From assembly GCA_951406725.2 (NCBI GenBank), contig OX597834.1:4960001-5024000 (forward strand): DNA of 64,000 nucleotides, in the 5' to 3' direction. The translations under genes were made by a program, and so were the position numbers. The notes beneath the pieces were generated by a model. It saw only the letters and a list, made by a program, of their open reading frames with translations. It had not been told where the DNA came from and ran no database searches. The stretch comes from Octopus vulgaris. Taxonomy: Eukaryota. Shown here piece by piece: positions 29,182 to 43,134 of this stretch (position 1 is its first letter; the number at the start of each line of letters is the position of its first letter).

Positions 29182-29660
29182 GCTGCCGATATCTGAGCAG
29201 GACAAAATTTCGAGTCATGAAGTCTCTGGTACTCACTGTTGAAACACTTGGGCACTGCCAGGTAGAATTAAGAGCCGTGTGAACTCCTTTGGTAACAGGA
29301 CGCTTCGCAGAATTATGCGCAGCCATTGGTCACATTTTGTATCCAACCAATGACCATACTCAGGAACTGGGATGCGTCATGTTACTTAGTAGCATAAACT
29401 CAGGCTGTTTGGTCATGTTGCTCGACTTTCCGTGTTGGGTCCTGCGTTATCTTGTTCTCGTTCATGAGAATCCGACTGGCGTTACAGCTCGTGTTGGTCG
29501 GCCACATGCCTGATGGTCACGGCAGTGAGGAAGTATCTCGCTCAAATGGGACCTGACTGGGACTATGCTCATTGTATTTCCTGGGACGACCCGAGAAAGT
29601 GCTAAGAAGTGGTGGATGAAGCAACGCGCCTCAACGGGCGGATGTTCTCAAACTGACCAC
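29178..29660 (+). mobile_element. Degenerate RTE-clade LINE 3' fragment
   Basis: Across frameshifts: WRCRYLSRTKFRVMKSLVL...NSFGNRTLRRIM...HFVSN...LRLFGHVARL...GRP...VVDEATR. Confidence 0.8.
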
Positions 29661-29884
29661 TTTCTGATGCTACCTACTACCTATTACTATTTCTGTTACT
29701 ATTAATGTCACTGCTGCTTCAGCCGCTAATCTCACCCCTAATAATGAAGAGAAAGAAAACAGTGTCACTACATCTAAGGCTTCTTACTTTTACACCGTCA
29801 CTACTACAACCACTGCTTAAACAACTAACTCCGTTTCTAATGGTGAGAATGATAGATGCAGAGCAACGACCACAAACATTGATG

Positions 29885-30271
29885 CTGTTGCTGTTGCTGT
29901 TGAGCGAACGGTCTTCGTCCCAGAGCTCGCAAGATGGGAGAAGTCCGAAACGTGGTCCTTTGCTATTTGTAAGACCCGCAGAAGAGAAAGCAGGTCAAAC
30001 CCCGACACCGAGAGCATCGACGGATGGATGAATGCGCATCCAGGCTCAGCGGTTGCGTAGGAAGTCGGGGACAAGAAACAGGAAGAAAGAGTGAGAGAAA
30101 GTTGGGGGCGAAAGCGTACAACAGGGGTCGCCACCCACCTCCCTGCCGGAGACTCGTGGAGCTTTAGGTGGTTTCGCTCAATAAACACAGACAACGCCCG
30201 GTCTGAGAATCGAAACCGCGATCCACTGACCGCGAGTCCGCTGCCTTAACCACTGGGCCATTGCGCCTCCA
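29885..30271 (-). mobile_element. Third-family tRNA SINE, tail 2
   Basis: Head and body match 23529-23725; different 3' part ending in (caacag)n. Confidence 0.8.
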
Positions 30272-30287
30272 CTTGCTGCTGCTGCTG

Positions 30288-30366
<79 letters not shown>
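30288..30366. repeat. (CTA)n microsatellite
   Basis: Direct reading. Confidence 0.95.
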
Positions 30367-30997
30367 GCCTGCATTACCATATATATCTCACACGTTTAAT
30401 AGCACTTCTTTAATATCAACATTTTCAGGAAGGATTAAAATAAACCTGTAATTTGCTAAAAACTACAACTACTATTATGATTAACAAACAAACAACCGAA
30501 AACTAAGGACCATCACCATTGAGGATTCGTACATACAAACATGCAAACACCCAGAATTTGACATCATAAAATATCAATTTAATTTTTTTGAATTTATTTT
30601 CCTTTCTCACATAGCATGACTGAACTAAACAAACAATTAAAGCAGGTGTCATATCGATCATTTCACATCACTTTGCAACTACTTATTAATTTGATCAAAC
30701 CGAGCGGTCTTCTGGTGCAAATCAATAAATAATATGTACTGATTTATTATAAAGCTTAAGGTTTCTGTCAGCTCAGGGTTATCTCTCTTAGGTTTGTTCT
30801 ACGGAAAGAGTGAAATGCGGATCTAGCGATCATAGGCCAGAGTTTTCCTCCGCGGTATGCTGCAGTGATATTGAAAGCCAGTTTCTATGACGGATGAATA
30901 TCTCAAAATGTAAGACGGCCAAAGACGGATGAATATCTCAAAATATAAGACGGCAATCATCTCAGAAGATCGTGCCTAACCATGAGACACTCACACT

Positions 30998-31029
<32 letters not shown>

Positions 31030-31354
31030 ATTTGATCGCTATTTCTCTTTTTCGGTACACTTTTACAGAAGCGAGAGCATCTTGCAATCCTCACCTGGAG
31101 CCAATTTTTTTTTGAAAAATTGGAGATTAGAAAACTCCCGACAAAGAGATATGGACTTAGAGGCATAGTAGTTTTACTGCGATAAAAACCATGTCTCAAG
31201 TCATTTGCTCTGACAAACTTGTACTAGTTCTAATCTCTATTATTCTCGAGTATTTAGCCTTTGGTATATTTTAAATCAAGAATTCTTATTCAGTTTCAAT
31301 TTTGAAGCCAATAAAAAATGTTCAAATATAATATTAGAAAGACACAAATTTGCG

Positions 31355-31553
31355 CGCTGGCAAAATTGTTAGCATCCCGGTCAAAATGATTTTCGTCCGC
31401 CTTTATATTCTGAGTTCAAATTCCGCCGAGATCGACTTTCTCTTTCATTCTCTCGGGGCTCATAAAATACATATCAATTGAACACTGGGGTCGATGTAAT
31501 CAACTTACTTTCATTTTCTAAATCGTTAGCTTAGTGCCAAAGTTTTTTTAGCC
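31355..31553 (+). mobile_element. Old Meta-domain SINE
   Basis: gctggcaaaattgttagc...ctgagttcaaattccgccgagatcgac...cactggggtcgatgtaatc. Confidence 0.7.
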
Positions 31554-32009
31554 AATATTATAAAGAAACTAGTGATATATCGGTTTGCGAGAGGGAATAT
31601 ACCTTTTCTATATTTCAACATTAAGAGTAGGAAAAGATAATCAAGAACCAAAAGCTGATTGGATAAAATACTATAATGAATTTGAAAAGGGAGACAATAT
31701 TTTTTTTTCTGTTTTCGCTTTGGAAAGATATAAGATTAACGTTTCATAGAACAGAGATACATAGATGTTATATACTTTATTATACAACATCCGCAAAAAT
31801 ATGAGCATACACACATGTGATGTTAGGTGCGCTCATGATCACAAAACGAGTTAGCTATCTATTTGGTGTTTGTAAGAATGGGGAGGTTAAAAGTAAACTT
31901 AAGTCATCCATAGCTATATGTATGCATGCATGTATATATGCAATGTGGGATAATAGTGAAACTGTTTAAAGTGAAGCTATTGCCTCACATTACAATAGAG
32001 ATGTTATTG

Positions 32010-32390
32010 TTTCACTTCTGCCACGTTAAATCGAAACTGTGTGAGAGATTGCTCCGGGCTCGCATTAGGCAAGAAGTTGAAAACATTTTGGGCCTATGAT
32101 ACTCCATGAACCCTAAGTAGTGCATGTGTAAAGTTTGAATGAAATCGGTTGGGTAGTTCTCGAGGTTTAGCGATGCATACATACATACATACATACATAC
32201 ATACATACATACATACATACATACATGCAAACACACATACATACATACATACATACATACATACATACATACATACATACATACATACACACATACATAC
32301 ATACATACATACATACATACATACATACATACATACATACATACAAGCAGACAGACAGACACACACACAGACTTTCTCAGTTTTATATAT
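32010..32390 (-). mobile_element. Possible non-autonomous Helitron-like element with internal (ATAC)n
   Basis: atatataaaactgagaaagt-(tgtc)(tgta)n...ccaaccgatttcattcaaactttacac resembles the layout of microsatellite-carrying non-autonomous Helitrons; 3' terminus not identified. Confidence 0.4.
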
Positions 32391-32613
32391 ATGTATATAT
32401 GTGTGTGTGTATATATATTTTTTATTACTTGTTAAAGTCATTTGACTGACCATACTGGTGCCCTGCCTTTAGTCGAACAAATCGACCCCAGCCTAGTACT
32501 TATTCTATCGGTTTCTTTTGCCGAACCGGGGATCGGTTTTCAAGTGATGGTGTTTTTTTTTTTGGGGGGGGGGGGGGAGTCGACAAACACAGACACACAC
32601 AATATATACCCAC

Positions 32614-32659
<46 letters not shown>

Positions 32660-32672
32660 CTCTCTCTCTCTC

Positions 32673-32720
<48 letters not shown>

Positions 32721-32844
32721 AGTATACATACATACATATATACATATATATACATATATGTATGTATATATATATATATAAGTATACATACATACATATA
32801 TACATATATATACATATATGTATATATATACATACATACATACA

Positions 32845-33390
32845 TGGTGGCTGCCCCCTCGTTATCGAGTATGGCCGTTGCACGACGCTTAATCAATGTT
32901 GTTATCGTGCAATGCCTGTGCAAGAAGATTTTTTTTAAAGTGAGGAAAGGCTGTGCACTGAGTCAATCCCACTCACTAAGCAACAGCAGCCATAATCCGA
33001 AAAGAAGAACAAGTCAACATCATCGGTAACCACTTAGCCGCAGGTTTTATGTCGGACTTATCCCAGTTACCTGAGTTACCTTCTCCTAGAAGGATGCCCC
33101 AACAAAGGCTAGGAGTCATTCACTTCCAATGGTTTAACCGCGCGATCGGGTATTCAGTCCGATTATTTCTATGTCCCCGCGCATGATACATCCTTAAGAC
33201 ATTTATTGGATGGCCATTGACTCTCAAGAATTTCTCTGCCCTTTGACAGGTTTTGCTTTTCATCCCGCAGGGTGTCCAATAAACACCCTCCTCACCAAGC
33301 AAGCTTGGTGGGGTTGCCGGTTTAGTCGCCGACGACCCGACCATGCAACAGGTTGTACTGGGTTACATGTTACCAGTAGCACTCGAAAGT
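32845..33390 (-). mobile_element. Probable non-autonomous RTE-derived (5' UTR + 3' end) element
   Basis: GC-richer non-coding block; ggcatccttctaggagaaggtaactc resembles the conserved RTE 5' UTR motif; ends ctcgataacgagggggcagccac followed by (atgt)n. Confidence 0.45.
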
Positions 33391-34784
33391 GTATAAGTAT
33401 ATATTGATGCAAAGAGGAAATATAGAACCTAAAATATGAGAATATGTATATTGTTAATATTATTGAGTCATTCTGTTAAATAATGATATATACACACGCG
33501 CGTGCACTCATACACACACACACATGATGCCTTGTGTTTCCATTCTAATACGTTCCATGGGCTTTGTATGTAAATATGCTAACTGCCCGTGGCATTTTTT
33601 CATCGAAGAATATCTTCAACAAGCAAAATACTTTCTTAATGCATGCTGATATCCGCTATCCAATGATAAATCATAATGCGCTTGTTAATAGCAAGAATCT
33701 GAAGGGTGACTTGCATATTAATTCTTAATACCTTCCAGAGGATTCGGGCGCGAATATGCTAATCGTTGTTGCATTACCTCATTGGAGGTTTTTCTTTCCG
33801 GCCATTGTGTGTTCATAACACTTGATTCCTTAGCGTGGTATGAAGAAGATTTGAGACTTAATTTTAACTGGGTGAGTAACTGTCTTGTCGAATTATGTAT
33901 GTAAATTTATACATATATGTTTGTGTGAATGTGCATTTCTGTTTTAGTGCGTAAGGCATCTGTATTTTGCATTATATTAATGTTCATATTTATGGGTATG
34001 GATTCACATTTGTACACATGAAAGTGAAGTAGGATTACATCCTACTCAGATGCGAAAAATATATCTTCAATATATAGCACAGAGCATCAAATTTCTGTTA
34101 TACTCTGCAACCGTATATCTAATCCAAAAGGCTAAAATCAAACATTTGATACTGCTCTATTAAGAGTTGTTCATGAACGCTGTCCTTCGATATTCAATCG
34201 CCTTAGTGTTGGACAGCCATGCATTATAACTTCAAATGGAAATGCTGGTGCAGAAGATTTAAAGTTGTTAGATAATATGCAAGGAAAACTCTAATATCCA
34301 TATATCCACGCTTAACTACTTCTCATCCATTGAATAAACATATGGATTATACATTCATAAACAGATTTGTCATATTTCTCTGCAGCGTTCACCAGTTTTA
34401 ACTTGAGGTATCTGTTTATTTTGACCGGAATCACCATGTTCAAGGAAGAGGAAATTAGATGCTGTCAAAAGTTTCCTTTCTAAAATGCTATCAGCTGCTT
34501 CGCTGAAAAGAAAGTTGATATCTTGGTATCGTTTGTAATAATGATTATACTTGACAAAACAAATATGTTGGTAGCAGAGAGTTGTACAGTTAGAAATTCC
34601 GAAGCTAACTGCTGAATATAATTGCTACTTATATCGATTCTTGTGGCATCAAAATCTCAGGTAATCCAATATTTTCGAGTTCAGAATGCGAGAAAAAATA
34701 AGAAACACATTTGTTTAAAGAACGTGTTCATCTTACCTAATTCCTCTTAATAATAAAGGAAATAGCGTGGATTAGGTATATAAG

Positions 34785-34824
<40 letters not shown>

Positions 34825-34827
34825 ATA

Positions 34828-35237
34828 CAATATGTTACATTACTCGGTAGTCAAGATAAAACTCTGAGTTTCAGATGCCGAAGTGGAAATCCACAACACC
34901 ATCTCTTCGGTTATCTGGCTATTTGAAAACGTTATGAAAAAATACCGTTAAAAATGAAGGGAAATTACTCTGTTATAACTCTGCTTTGCCTGCGTACTTA
35001 TACATCGCTCGCATTTTTCGTCATAAAAATTATATAAAAATACATAAAAAATATATAAAAATATATAAAAATATATAAAATCTTCTTGGGACATAACACA
35101 GAAAGCATGTTCTATCCGTTTTCTTTAGGGGACCAAAAACGTAACAGAAATTTAGTCACATGTGGGCATGATCCGAAAAGTTCTGTCCTTGTATTTAGAC
35201 ATGTGGTAGGGTCTAAGCTGCTTTTCCAGATAAGCCA

Positions 35238-35241
<4 letters not shown>
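34828..35241 (-). mobile_element. Shorter near-identical copy of the 26982-28231 Penelope element
   Basis: Matches 26982-27394 with only about two differences seen; hammerhead motif at 34855-34915; (TA)n flanks. Confidence 0.95.
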
Positions 35242-35280
<39 letters not shown>

Positions 35281-35283
<3 letters not shown>

Positions 35284-35486
35284 GACCGCGTGTGTACCGT
35301 TGGCGATATTTTTTTCCTCTGTCTTCCCTTCTCTGGATCTTTCCTTCTCCTATGTTTCCGGCGAAGAGCTCCGCTCGAAACGTTAAAAAACCTCCTTCTT
35401 TCCTTTTTTCCTGAGCGTCCAATAATACTATATTTGTTCCACATCCTCGAGTTGTTGTGTTATTTTTTGTGCTTTCTTGTTTGGAT

Positions 35487-35490
<4 letters not shown>
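35281..35490 (+). mobile_element. Family A hammerhead repeat, copy 3
   Basis: Matches 1261-1467; core CCGGCGA within 35354-35387. Confidence 0.8.
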
Positions 35491-35545
<55 letters not shown>

Positions 35546-35548
35546 CGA

Positions 35549-35850
35549 TAAATAAATAAATGCAGTTAAACGTTATTCAAATCTTTATACTTCCGACATA
35601 TGTTTCGAAGAAAAGTTTGGCATTATTTAGAAATAACTTACCCTTCGTCATATATGCAGTAATCACATTCGGTTAAAATGTCTTATTAATGAGTTTTGTT
35701 TCTGTGTTTTTCCATGATGAGAAGATTGCACTGTTTTACATCAATTTATTCCTTCTGGAATAATACCAATGTTTTCTTCGAAACATATGTCGGAAGTATA
35801 AAGATTTGAATAACACCTGCGTTTAACTCCATTTATTTATTTATTTATTC
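35549..35850 (+). mobile_element. Penelope pLTR with inverted partial copy and hammerhead (35710-35795)
   Basis: ttcc-aTGATGA-GAAG...CTTC-GAAA-CATATG-TC-ggaa; 35549-35625 is the inverted copy of 35760-35850; same family as 8744-8950. Confidence 0.8.
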
Positions 35851-35989
35851 ATCTATGTGATATAAAATCATTTCACCAAAACCTGGAATTTCGACCTTTA
35901 TAAATAGACTGTTACACCCTTGGTACTTGTGTGAATTTTTGCTACCCTGGTAAGTATTTATCTACGTTTTACGTGTTATTTGTAAGCAT

Positions 35990-36092
<103 letters not shown>

Positions 36093-36212
36093 TTAACAAT
36101 TAAGGATAACTTCTTAATAAGGAATCTTAACAAGAAATTATCAGGTAGATAGCGTGAAAAACCTCATAAGAGAAAAATTTCGAAAATAATTCTTTCTTAT
36201 TGAACATATTAA

Positions 36213-36464
36213 TTTATATATAGAGGGCATTATTACACATACATGCCACACGCTAAGAGGGACATTAGTCGTTTCTACCAAAAAATTTTACTAATCATAC
36301 CCAATGCAATTTTTCAAAGCAAGACATTTAAAAAATAAATTTATTTTTTAAATGTCTTGCTTTAAAAATTGCATTGGGAATGATTAGTAAAATTTTTTGG
36401 TAGAAACGACTAATGTCCCTCTTAGCGTGTGGCATGTATGTGTAATAATGCCCTCTATATATAA

Positions 36465-36465
<1 letters not shown>
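36213..36465. repeat. ~250-bp near-perfect palindrome of pLTR sequence
   Basis: Centre at 36339/36340; the arm matches 63930-64000, directly downstream of the 63881 hammerhead. Confidence 0.9.
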
Positions 36466-36500
<35 letters not shown>

Positions 36501-36504
36501 GTAT

Positions 36505-36615
36505 ATCTATAAAAGGCAGGGTGTAAGTGCGTACGTGAATGTAATTTATGCACGTTCACAAATTTCGAAGTTTGCTAACATGGGTTAGTCTCCTTTTTGC
36601 TATTGCGGAGTGAAA

Positions 36616-36657
<42 letters not shown>

Positions 36658-37310
36658 GATAGAGAGACGTTGTGTGTTGATGTATGTGTGCGTGTGTGAG
36701 GGAGAGAGGGTAAGTGACAGCGTTCATCAAGAATAAAAATGTAAAAGGTTTTTTCTTAAACACGAGATATAGTCTTCAAATTAAGGATGATTTTGAAAGA
36801 CACTATATTTTATAATCAGATTATATATACTTTCTCACACAACAATTAAAATAAATTGATTTTAAACCACCAATTCATCTATATCTATTTATCTATAAAA
36901 GCAGGATATTTGTGTATGTGTATGTGTGTGTGTTTGCGTGTGTGAATGTAATTTATGTATGTCCACAAATTAGCACGCATGTCGCTCCAATTTTAGGACA
37001 TTGGTAACGATCATGGCTGTGTTTTTGTCAACTTATTTTCCCCGAGGCATCCGTGGATAGTGGTAAAAATCGATTTTCAGCCATAAATTTTACCAATTTC
37101 CCCGTCGGTGAAATCTGTAAATTTGCTAATATGAGCTAAGTCATCTGTCTAGCAATGGCTAGAAAGAAAAATAAAGGGTAAATTTTCTGATTAACACCCG
37201 CACCATTTTAACTAAGAAAAAAGAAAAAAACTGCGTGGAATCAAGTACCCTAACCTCCTAATATGCTGCAAATCCCTTATTTTGGTTCGGAAAAAAAGGG
37301 GGCAGCTGCA
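36505..37310 (+). mobile_element. Two related Helitron-like 5' ends (36505 and 36891)
   Basis: Both start atctataaaa(g)gcagg and share gtgaatgtaatttatg...cacaaatt and tttgctaa(c/t)atg; no CTRR 3' end confirmed. Confidence 0.35.
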
Positions 37311-37393
<83 letters not shown>

Positions 37394-38060
37394 ATAGTAT
37401 GCAAACCTTCGGTGTAACCTTCTCCAATGTATATCTTCGATGCAGCTTAGAATCATAGGAGTTTTTTTCGTTGAATAAATTCCTGTGACCTCACATGCAT
37501 ATGCGTATATAGACGTGTGTATGAACCTTTTTTGCGCGCGCGCGTATGTGTGCGTTTATATAAGTGTGCGGGTATGCGCGTATATAGACGTGCGTGTGTG
37601 CGTGTATACGAGTATGTGCATATATTCACGTATTTTACTCTTATAGCTTATTGTTTTTACATTTTTTTACACATTTCTCTGTATTTTGCCTTTAGCCCTG
37701 CTTTTCTTGTGCATGTGCGTATATAGTCGTGTGTATGAATCTATTTTGTGCGCACGTGTGTGTGTGTACGAGCGTGTATGCGGGTATGTATATATGTTTT
37801 GGCGAATGTGTGTGTTTCAAGTGAGGGTGGATGAGTATATACTTATAGGCGCATGTACGTGGGTGTACGGGCGTGCATGTGTGTTCCACATTTAGATTTA
37901 ATTTGTCAAAATATTTTCGTCGCTGTGATACCGCGACATGTTCACTGACAAATTTCTGTGCTGCATCTAAGAAAGTAACAGTTAGTTCATATATATCATG
38001 AACTAACTCACTTGAAACACACAGATGCTCACCCACACATTCGCCAAAAAATATATACAT

Positions 38061-38472
38061 AGGCGCAGGAGTAGCTGTGTGATAAGTAGCTTGTTTACCA
38101 ACCACATGGTTCCGGGTTCAGTCCCACTGCGTGGCACCTTGGGCAAGTGTCTTCTACTATGGCCTCGCGCCGACTAAAGCCTTGTGAGTGGAGTTGGTAG
38201 GCGGAAACTGAAAGAAGCCCGTCGTATATATGTATATATATATATGTATGTTTGTGTGTGTGTCTGTGTTTGTCCCCCTAGCATTGCTTGATAACCGATG
38301 CTGGTGTGTTTATGTCCCCGTTACTTAGCGGTTCGGCAAAAGAGACCGATAGAATAAGTACTGGGCTTACAAAAGAATAAGTCCCGGGGTCGAGTTGCTC
38401 GATTAAAGGCGGTGCTCCAGCATGGCCGCAGTCAAATGACTGAAACAAATAAAAGAGTAACAAGTAAAGAGT
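38061..38472 (+). mobile_element. CORE-like SINE
   Basis: Full-length match to the family. Confidence 0.88.
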
Positions 38473-38780
38473 ATACCCGCATACACACTAGCAAACACAC
38501 ACACACACGTACAAAATAGATTCATACACAGGACTATATGAATCCACGACCTGTTCACTGGCAAAATTCCGTGCTGAATATCCACAGTAAAGCAGCCAAA
38601 ACTGTACGAAACTGCTGGTCTCGTGACTAGGAAATGGTAGGAGTTCACATCCTGCTCGCAATGTATATCGGGTGCAGATTGCGTCGAATAACCAGCTGGA
38701 GGAGGCGTCCTCCTAGGGTTAGATATAGGACCAACGTCGGTTCCTGCGGAACAGATATGTTAGAGCAGCGATAAACATTA

Positions 38781-38825
<45 letters not shown>

Positions 38826-38980
38826 ATATACATAAATACATATATACATGCATACATATATGTGTGTGTGTGCATTTTTATATGTATATATATACTCTTT
38901 TACTCTTTTACGTGTTTCAGTCACATATACATAATATGAGATACATTCATACACACATATATGCATATACATATATTTTT

Positions 38981-39361
38981 TTTACTTGTTTCAGTCATTT
39001 ACTGCGGCCATGCTGGAGCACCGCCTTTAATCGAGCAACTCGACCCCGGGACTTATTCTTTGTAAGCTTAGTACTCATTCTAACGGTCTCTTTTGCCGAA
39101 CCCCTAAGTGACGGGGACATAAACACACTAGCATCGGTTGTCAAGCAATGCTAGGGGGACAAACACAGACACACAAACATACACGCAGACACACATATAT
39201 ATACATATATACGACGGGCTTCTTTCAGTTTCCGTCTACTAAAATCCACTCACAAGGTTTTGGTCGGCCCGAGGCTATAGTAGAATACACTTGCCCAAGG
39301 TGCCACGCAGTGGTACTGAACCCGTAACCATGTGGTTGGTAAACAAGCTACTTACCACACA

Positions 39362-39365
<4 letters not shown>
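38981..39365 (-). mobile_element. CORE-like SINE, inverted relative to 38061-38472
   Basis: Reverse-complement match to the family. Confidence 0.88.
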
Positions 39366-39436
<71 letters not shown>

Positions 39437-40195
39437 GCATATATATATGTGTGTGTGTATGCATTTATATAGGTATAAATTCTGTATTTCTGAGATGGGG
39501 AATTTTTTTATATTATATATTATTGGGAGTGGTGTTCTCATATTGGTTGAGGATACCACTCCAACTAATACATAATATCTCTATATACACACTTATAGGT
39601 TCGTGTGTGTATATAGAGGGAATGTATATTTATCTAAAGGCATTTGTTTAAATACAAGAAAATAACTTAGTAAATGTATGCATGTATGTACATACACATA
39701 CTGACATAGACACAGGCTCGCGCGCAAGCACACACACACACCCACATACACACTCATACACATACCCTTATATACACCTGCATACACACATATACACACG
39801 ACACACACTCACAAACACACGTGCATATATACATTTCGAACTCTTTCTTTGTTTACGCTTCTCGCAATATTTTTATATTATTCTGCGAATTTGTGTTCCT
39901 TTTTCGAGATTGGTTCCTTTCGTTTAAGAATAGATAAGGAAATACCTTAAAGCCATCATAAATATACCACCCGTTTTTTTTGATTGAACATATCGAAATG
40001 AGGTTTCTTCCAAAAGAGATAAACATGGCTTGAAGCAGCTATCTGCATAAAAGGAAAATATATACAAACCAGGGAAATGAAATATAGATTGAGCGGGAGA
40101 ATAGTGGTGAAAGTTGGGAGGAGTGACCTAGCGTAGGATAAAGATAATACAGTTAAGTATATATATCTATTTATCTAAACACACATGCACACACC

Positions 40196-40260
<65 letters not shown>

Positions 40261-40530
40261 CACATACACACTTGCAAGCAACCGCATACACAGATACATG
40301 CGTATGAACACATACATCTATATAATTATATCTGTTACTATATATGTGTGTATAACAGCGTGCATACCTATATATATTCGCATTTCTGTAATTGCATACG
40401 TATGTGTATAACGTGTTTAGAAGTGAGAGAGTTTTGGACTGAAGAGTGATTAAGTGTGTTAAAGTGTATGGTATTTAAAACGAAAGATCGGTAAAAGATT
40501 AAGAGACTTCAACAAAGCTGCTATTAGCTA

Positions 40531-40843
40531 TATCACCGTGATTACCGTGACCGACCAGGCTATCAGATGTTGCTACTAATCGCTGGTCAGAATGCGCTTC
40601 GCATTGTTTTAGCCTTCAAATGACGTCAGTCCGCTGGCTAAGCGAACAGGCCAACAGAAGAAAGAGTGAGGGAAAGTTGTGGCGAAATAGTACAGCAGGG
40701 AACGCCACGACCCTCTGCCAGAGCCTCTTGGAGCTTTAGGTGTTTTCGCTCAACAAACACTCACAATGCCCGGTCTGGGAATCGAAACCGCGATCCTACG
40801 ACCGCGAGTCCGCTGCCCTAACCACTGGGCTATTGCGCTTCCA
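40531..40843 (-). mobile_element. Third-family tRNA SINE, tail 3
   Basis: Same head and body as 23529; distinct tail ending in repeated cacggt(a/g)at. Confidence 0.8.
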
Positions 40844-41407
40844 CATTAGATATATAGTGTGGTGTATTCCCGGAAAATTAAATTTTGTCTTTTCCACCTT
40901 AAGAACATTTGCGAAAAATCTTTATTGTCTATAATTGTTTTGTGAAGTATCAATAACACACAACCCTATTCCCGTTTTCGCTATTAAAACAATGACTGTT
41001 ATTATCGATTAGCCTGAATAAATAAAGGCACCATTTATAAATAGCAATACAAGTACTTTATAACTAAATTTGTTGTTTGTCAAAATCTAGGTAAATTTCT
41101 AATGGCTTGCCGCTACAATCATTCGCAGTAAATACGGCCTTAAGTTTTGATTTCCTACCCTGTAATTCGAATTTGAATATTTAGACATAAGAAGTTGAAT
41201 AGTACCATTTTGCTGTATTTTCATGTACTGGCAGATAAGAGATTCCGTTTCCTTTTATGATTTAGAAGATTCGCAATTGAATCACAATAGCGCTGCCTTT
41301 AGTCTAAATAAAGACATACAGAATAAACTTGGCAGAAACTTGAAAGACTTATATAGAAAAGACTAGTCTTCGGTGACATATAAAGATGAAAACATATATT
41401 GGATTCA

Positions 41408-41607
41408 AGTTTTGGCACAAGGCCAGTAATTTAGGGGGGAGAGGGAGTAAGTCGATTGCATCGATCTCAGTTCTCAACTAGTACTTATTTTATCGGCCTC
41501 GATTAGATGAAAGGCAAAGTCGACCTGGGCGGAATTTGATCCCAGAACGTGCAAACGAACGAAATGCAGCAAAACTTTTTTTCCCGGTGTGCTAACGATT
41601 CTGCCAG
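41408..41607 (-). mobile_element. Meta-domain SINE, tail type A
   Basis: tttggcacaaggccag...gatgaaaggcaaagtcgac...gctaacgattctgccag. Confidence 0.75.
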
Positions 41608-41791
41608 GTGAAAACGCATATCAACGACAGATTAGGGACCTGGTTGAAATTCCTCTCTTACTTTACAAAAGGCGGTTCATGAGTAGAATTGGTACAACTC
41701 TAGATTGAAACGTATACGTAATGCGAAATAAGGTATATTTAAAAAAAACAAACTAATAATATATCTTCGGAATATGTATGGCTTCACAGTA

Positions 41792-42199
41792 TCTCTCTTT
41801 CTCTTTTACTTGTTTCAGTCATTTGACTGCGGCTATGCTGGAGCACCGCCTTTAATCGAGCAACTCAACTCCGAGACTTATTCTTTTGTAAGCCCAGTAC
41901 TTATTCTATCTGTCTCTTTTGCCGAACCGCTAAGTAACGTGGACATAAACACACCAGCGTCGGTTGTCAAGCAATGCTAGGGAGACAAACACAGACACAC
42001 AAACACACACACGCATATATATATATACATATATACGACGGGCTTCTTTCAGTTTCCGTCTACCAAATCCACTCACAAGGCTTTGGTTGGCCCGAGGCTA
42101 TAGTAGAAGACACTTGCCCAAGGTGCCACGCAGTGGGACTGAACCCGGAACCATGTTGTTGGTAAACAAGCTACTTACCACACAGCCACTCCTGCGCCT
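41792..42199 (-). mobile_element. CORE-like SINE
   Basis: Full-length reverse-complement match. Confidence 0.88.
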
Positions 42200-43134
42200 A
42201 TGTATGTACAATATATTGTGTATTCAAGATCGCAGTGTATCTTTTTATTTAGCTTATACAATCACTTCCTTCATTTTTGCTTGATATGACCGCGTTAGAC
42301 ATCTATTGAATGAATCCAAAGACAGTTAGAAATATAACGGACAAATTATATTCTTCTTTCGGCATGGATTAATTTAAAATATTTACAAGAATTAATAGAA
42401 AGTTGGATCCCCTACAAAATTTGTTCAGACATTCAGAGCATAAGTATGGGATTAAAGCTATCGTAAAAGAAAAGCTAAGTATGGTAAAGTCTACAAAATA
42501 AGTGAATTAGACCAGACCCATTTGCAGGAATATTTCAAGAATATGAAACGAATAAAACTAGAAATGATCTCTGAATCAAGCCCAAAGTCAACAATATCAT
42601 CCCTAGTACTTAACTACGTATGTTATTCTTTATTTTATCGAATCCGCAGAGATGAGAAGTGAAGTTAACTTCGGAAGGATTGAAACTCATAAAATAAAGA
42701 ATCGGAACATGTGCTGCACAACGTATTTTGCGACACTACGAATTGTCTGCTCAACCCCTTTAGCACATTAAAAACAAAGAAAGAAAGAAAGAAAATGGAA
42801 GAAGACTCGGTCTACTATTCCTTTCTCTCATTAACCATTCATTTTGTGACACGAGGCTATAAGATAGCAGCTATAGATTGTCATCTACGTTATAAAGAAC
42901 GGCTTCTTCAACACAATAAATTAAAATTTAAGGGATTTAAAGTGGTTCTGCATAAATTACTTCAAGGGTTGTGAATATACGACCTTCATATGATATAAAC
43001 AAAAGAGAACTATTCTGCACGCAAGGAATATAGGATCTGATTCAAATGGAAAGCCACTAAAGTGTAACAAGATCAACACTTAATACGTGATGCAAACTAA
43101 ACTAAATATAATGGTAACTAGATGCACCGAAGAA

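Noticed and set aside
30889-30954. 35-bp tandem duplication; also a 60-bp duplication at 32701-32820
   Set aside because: Simple local slippage with no further structure.
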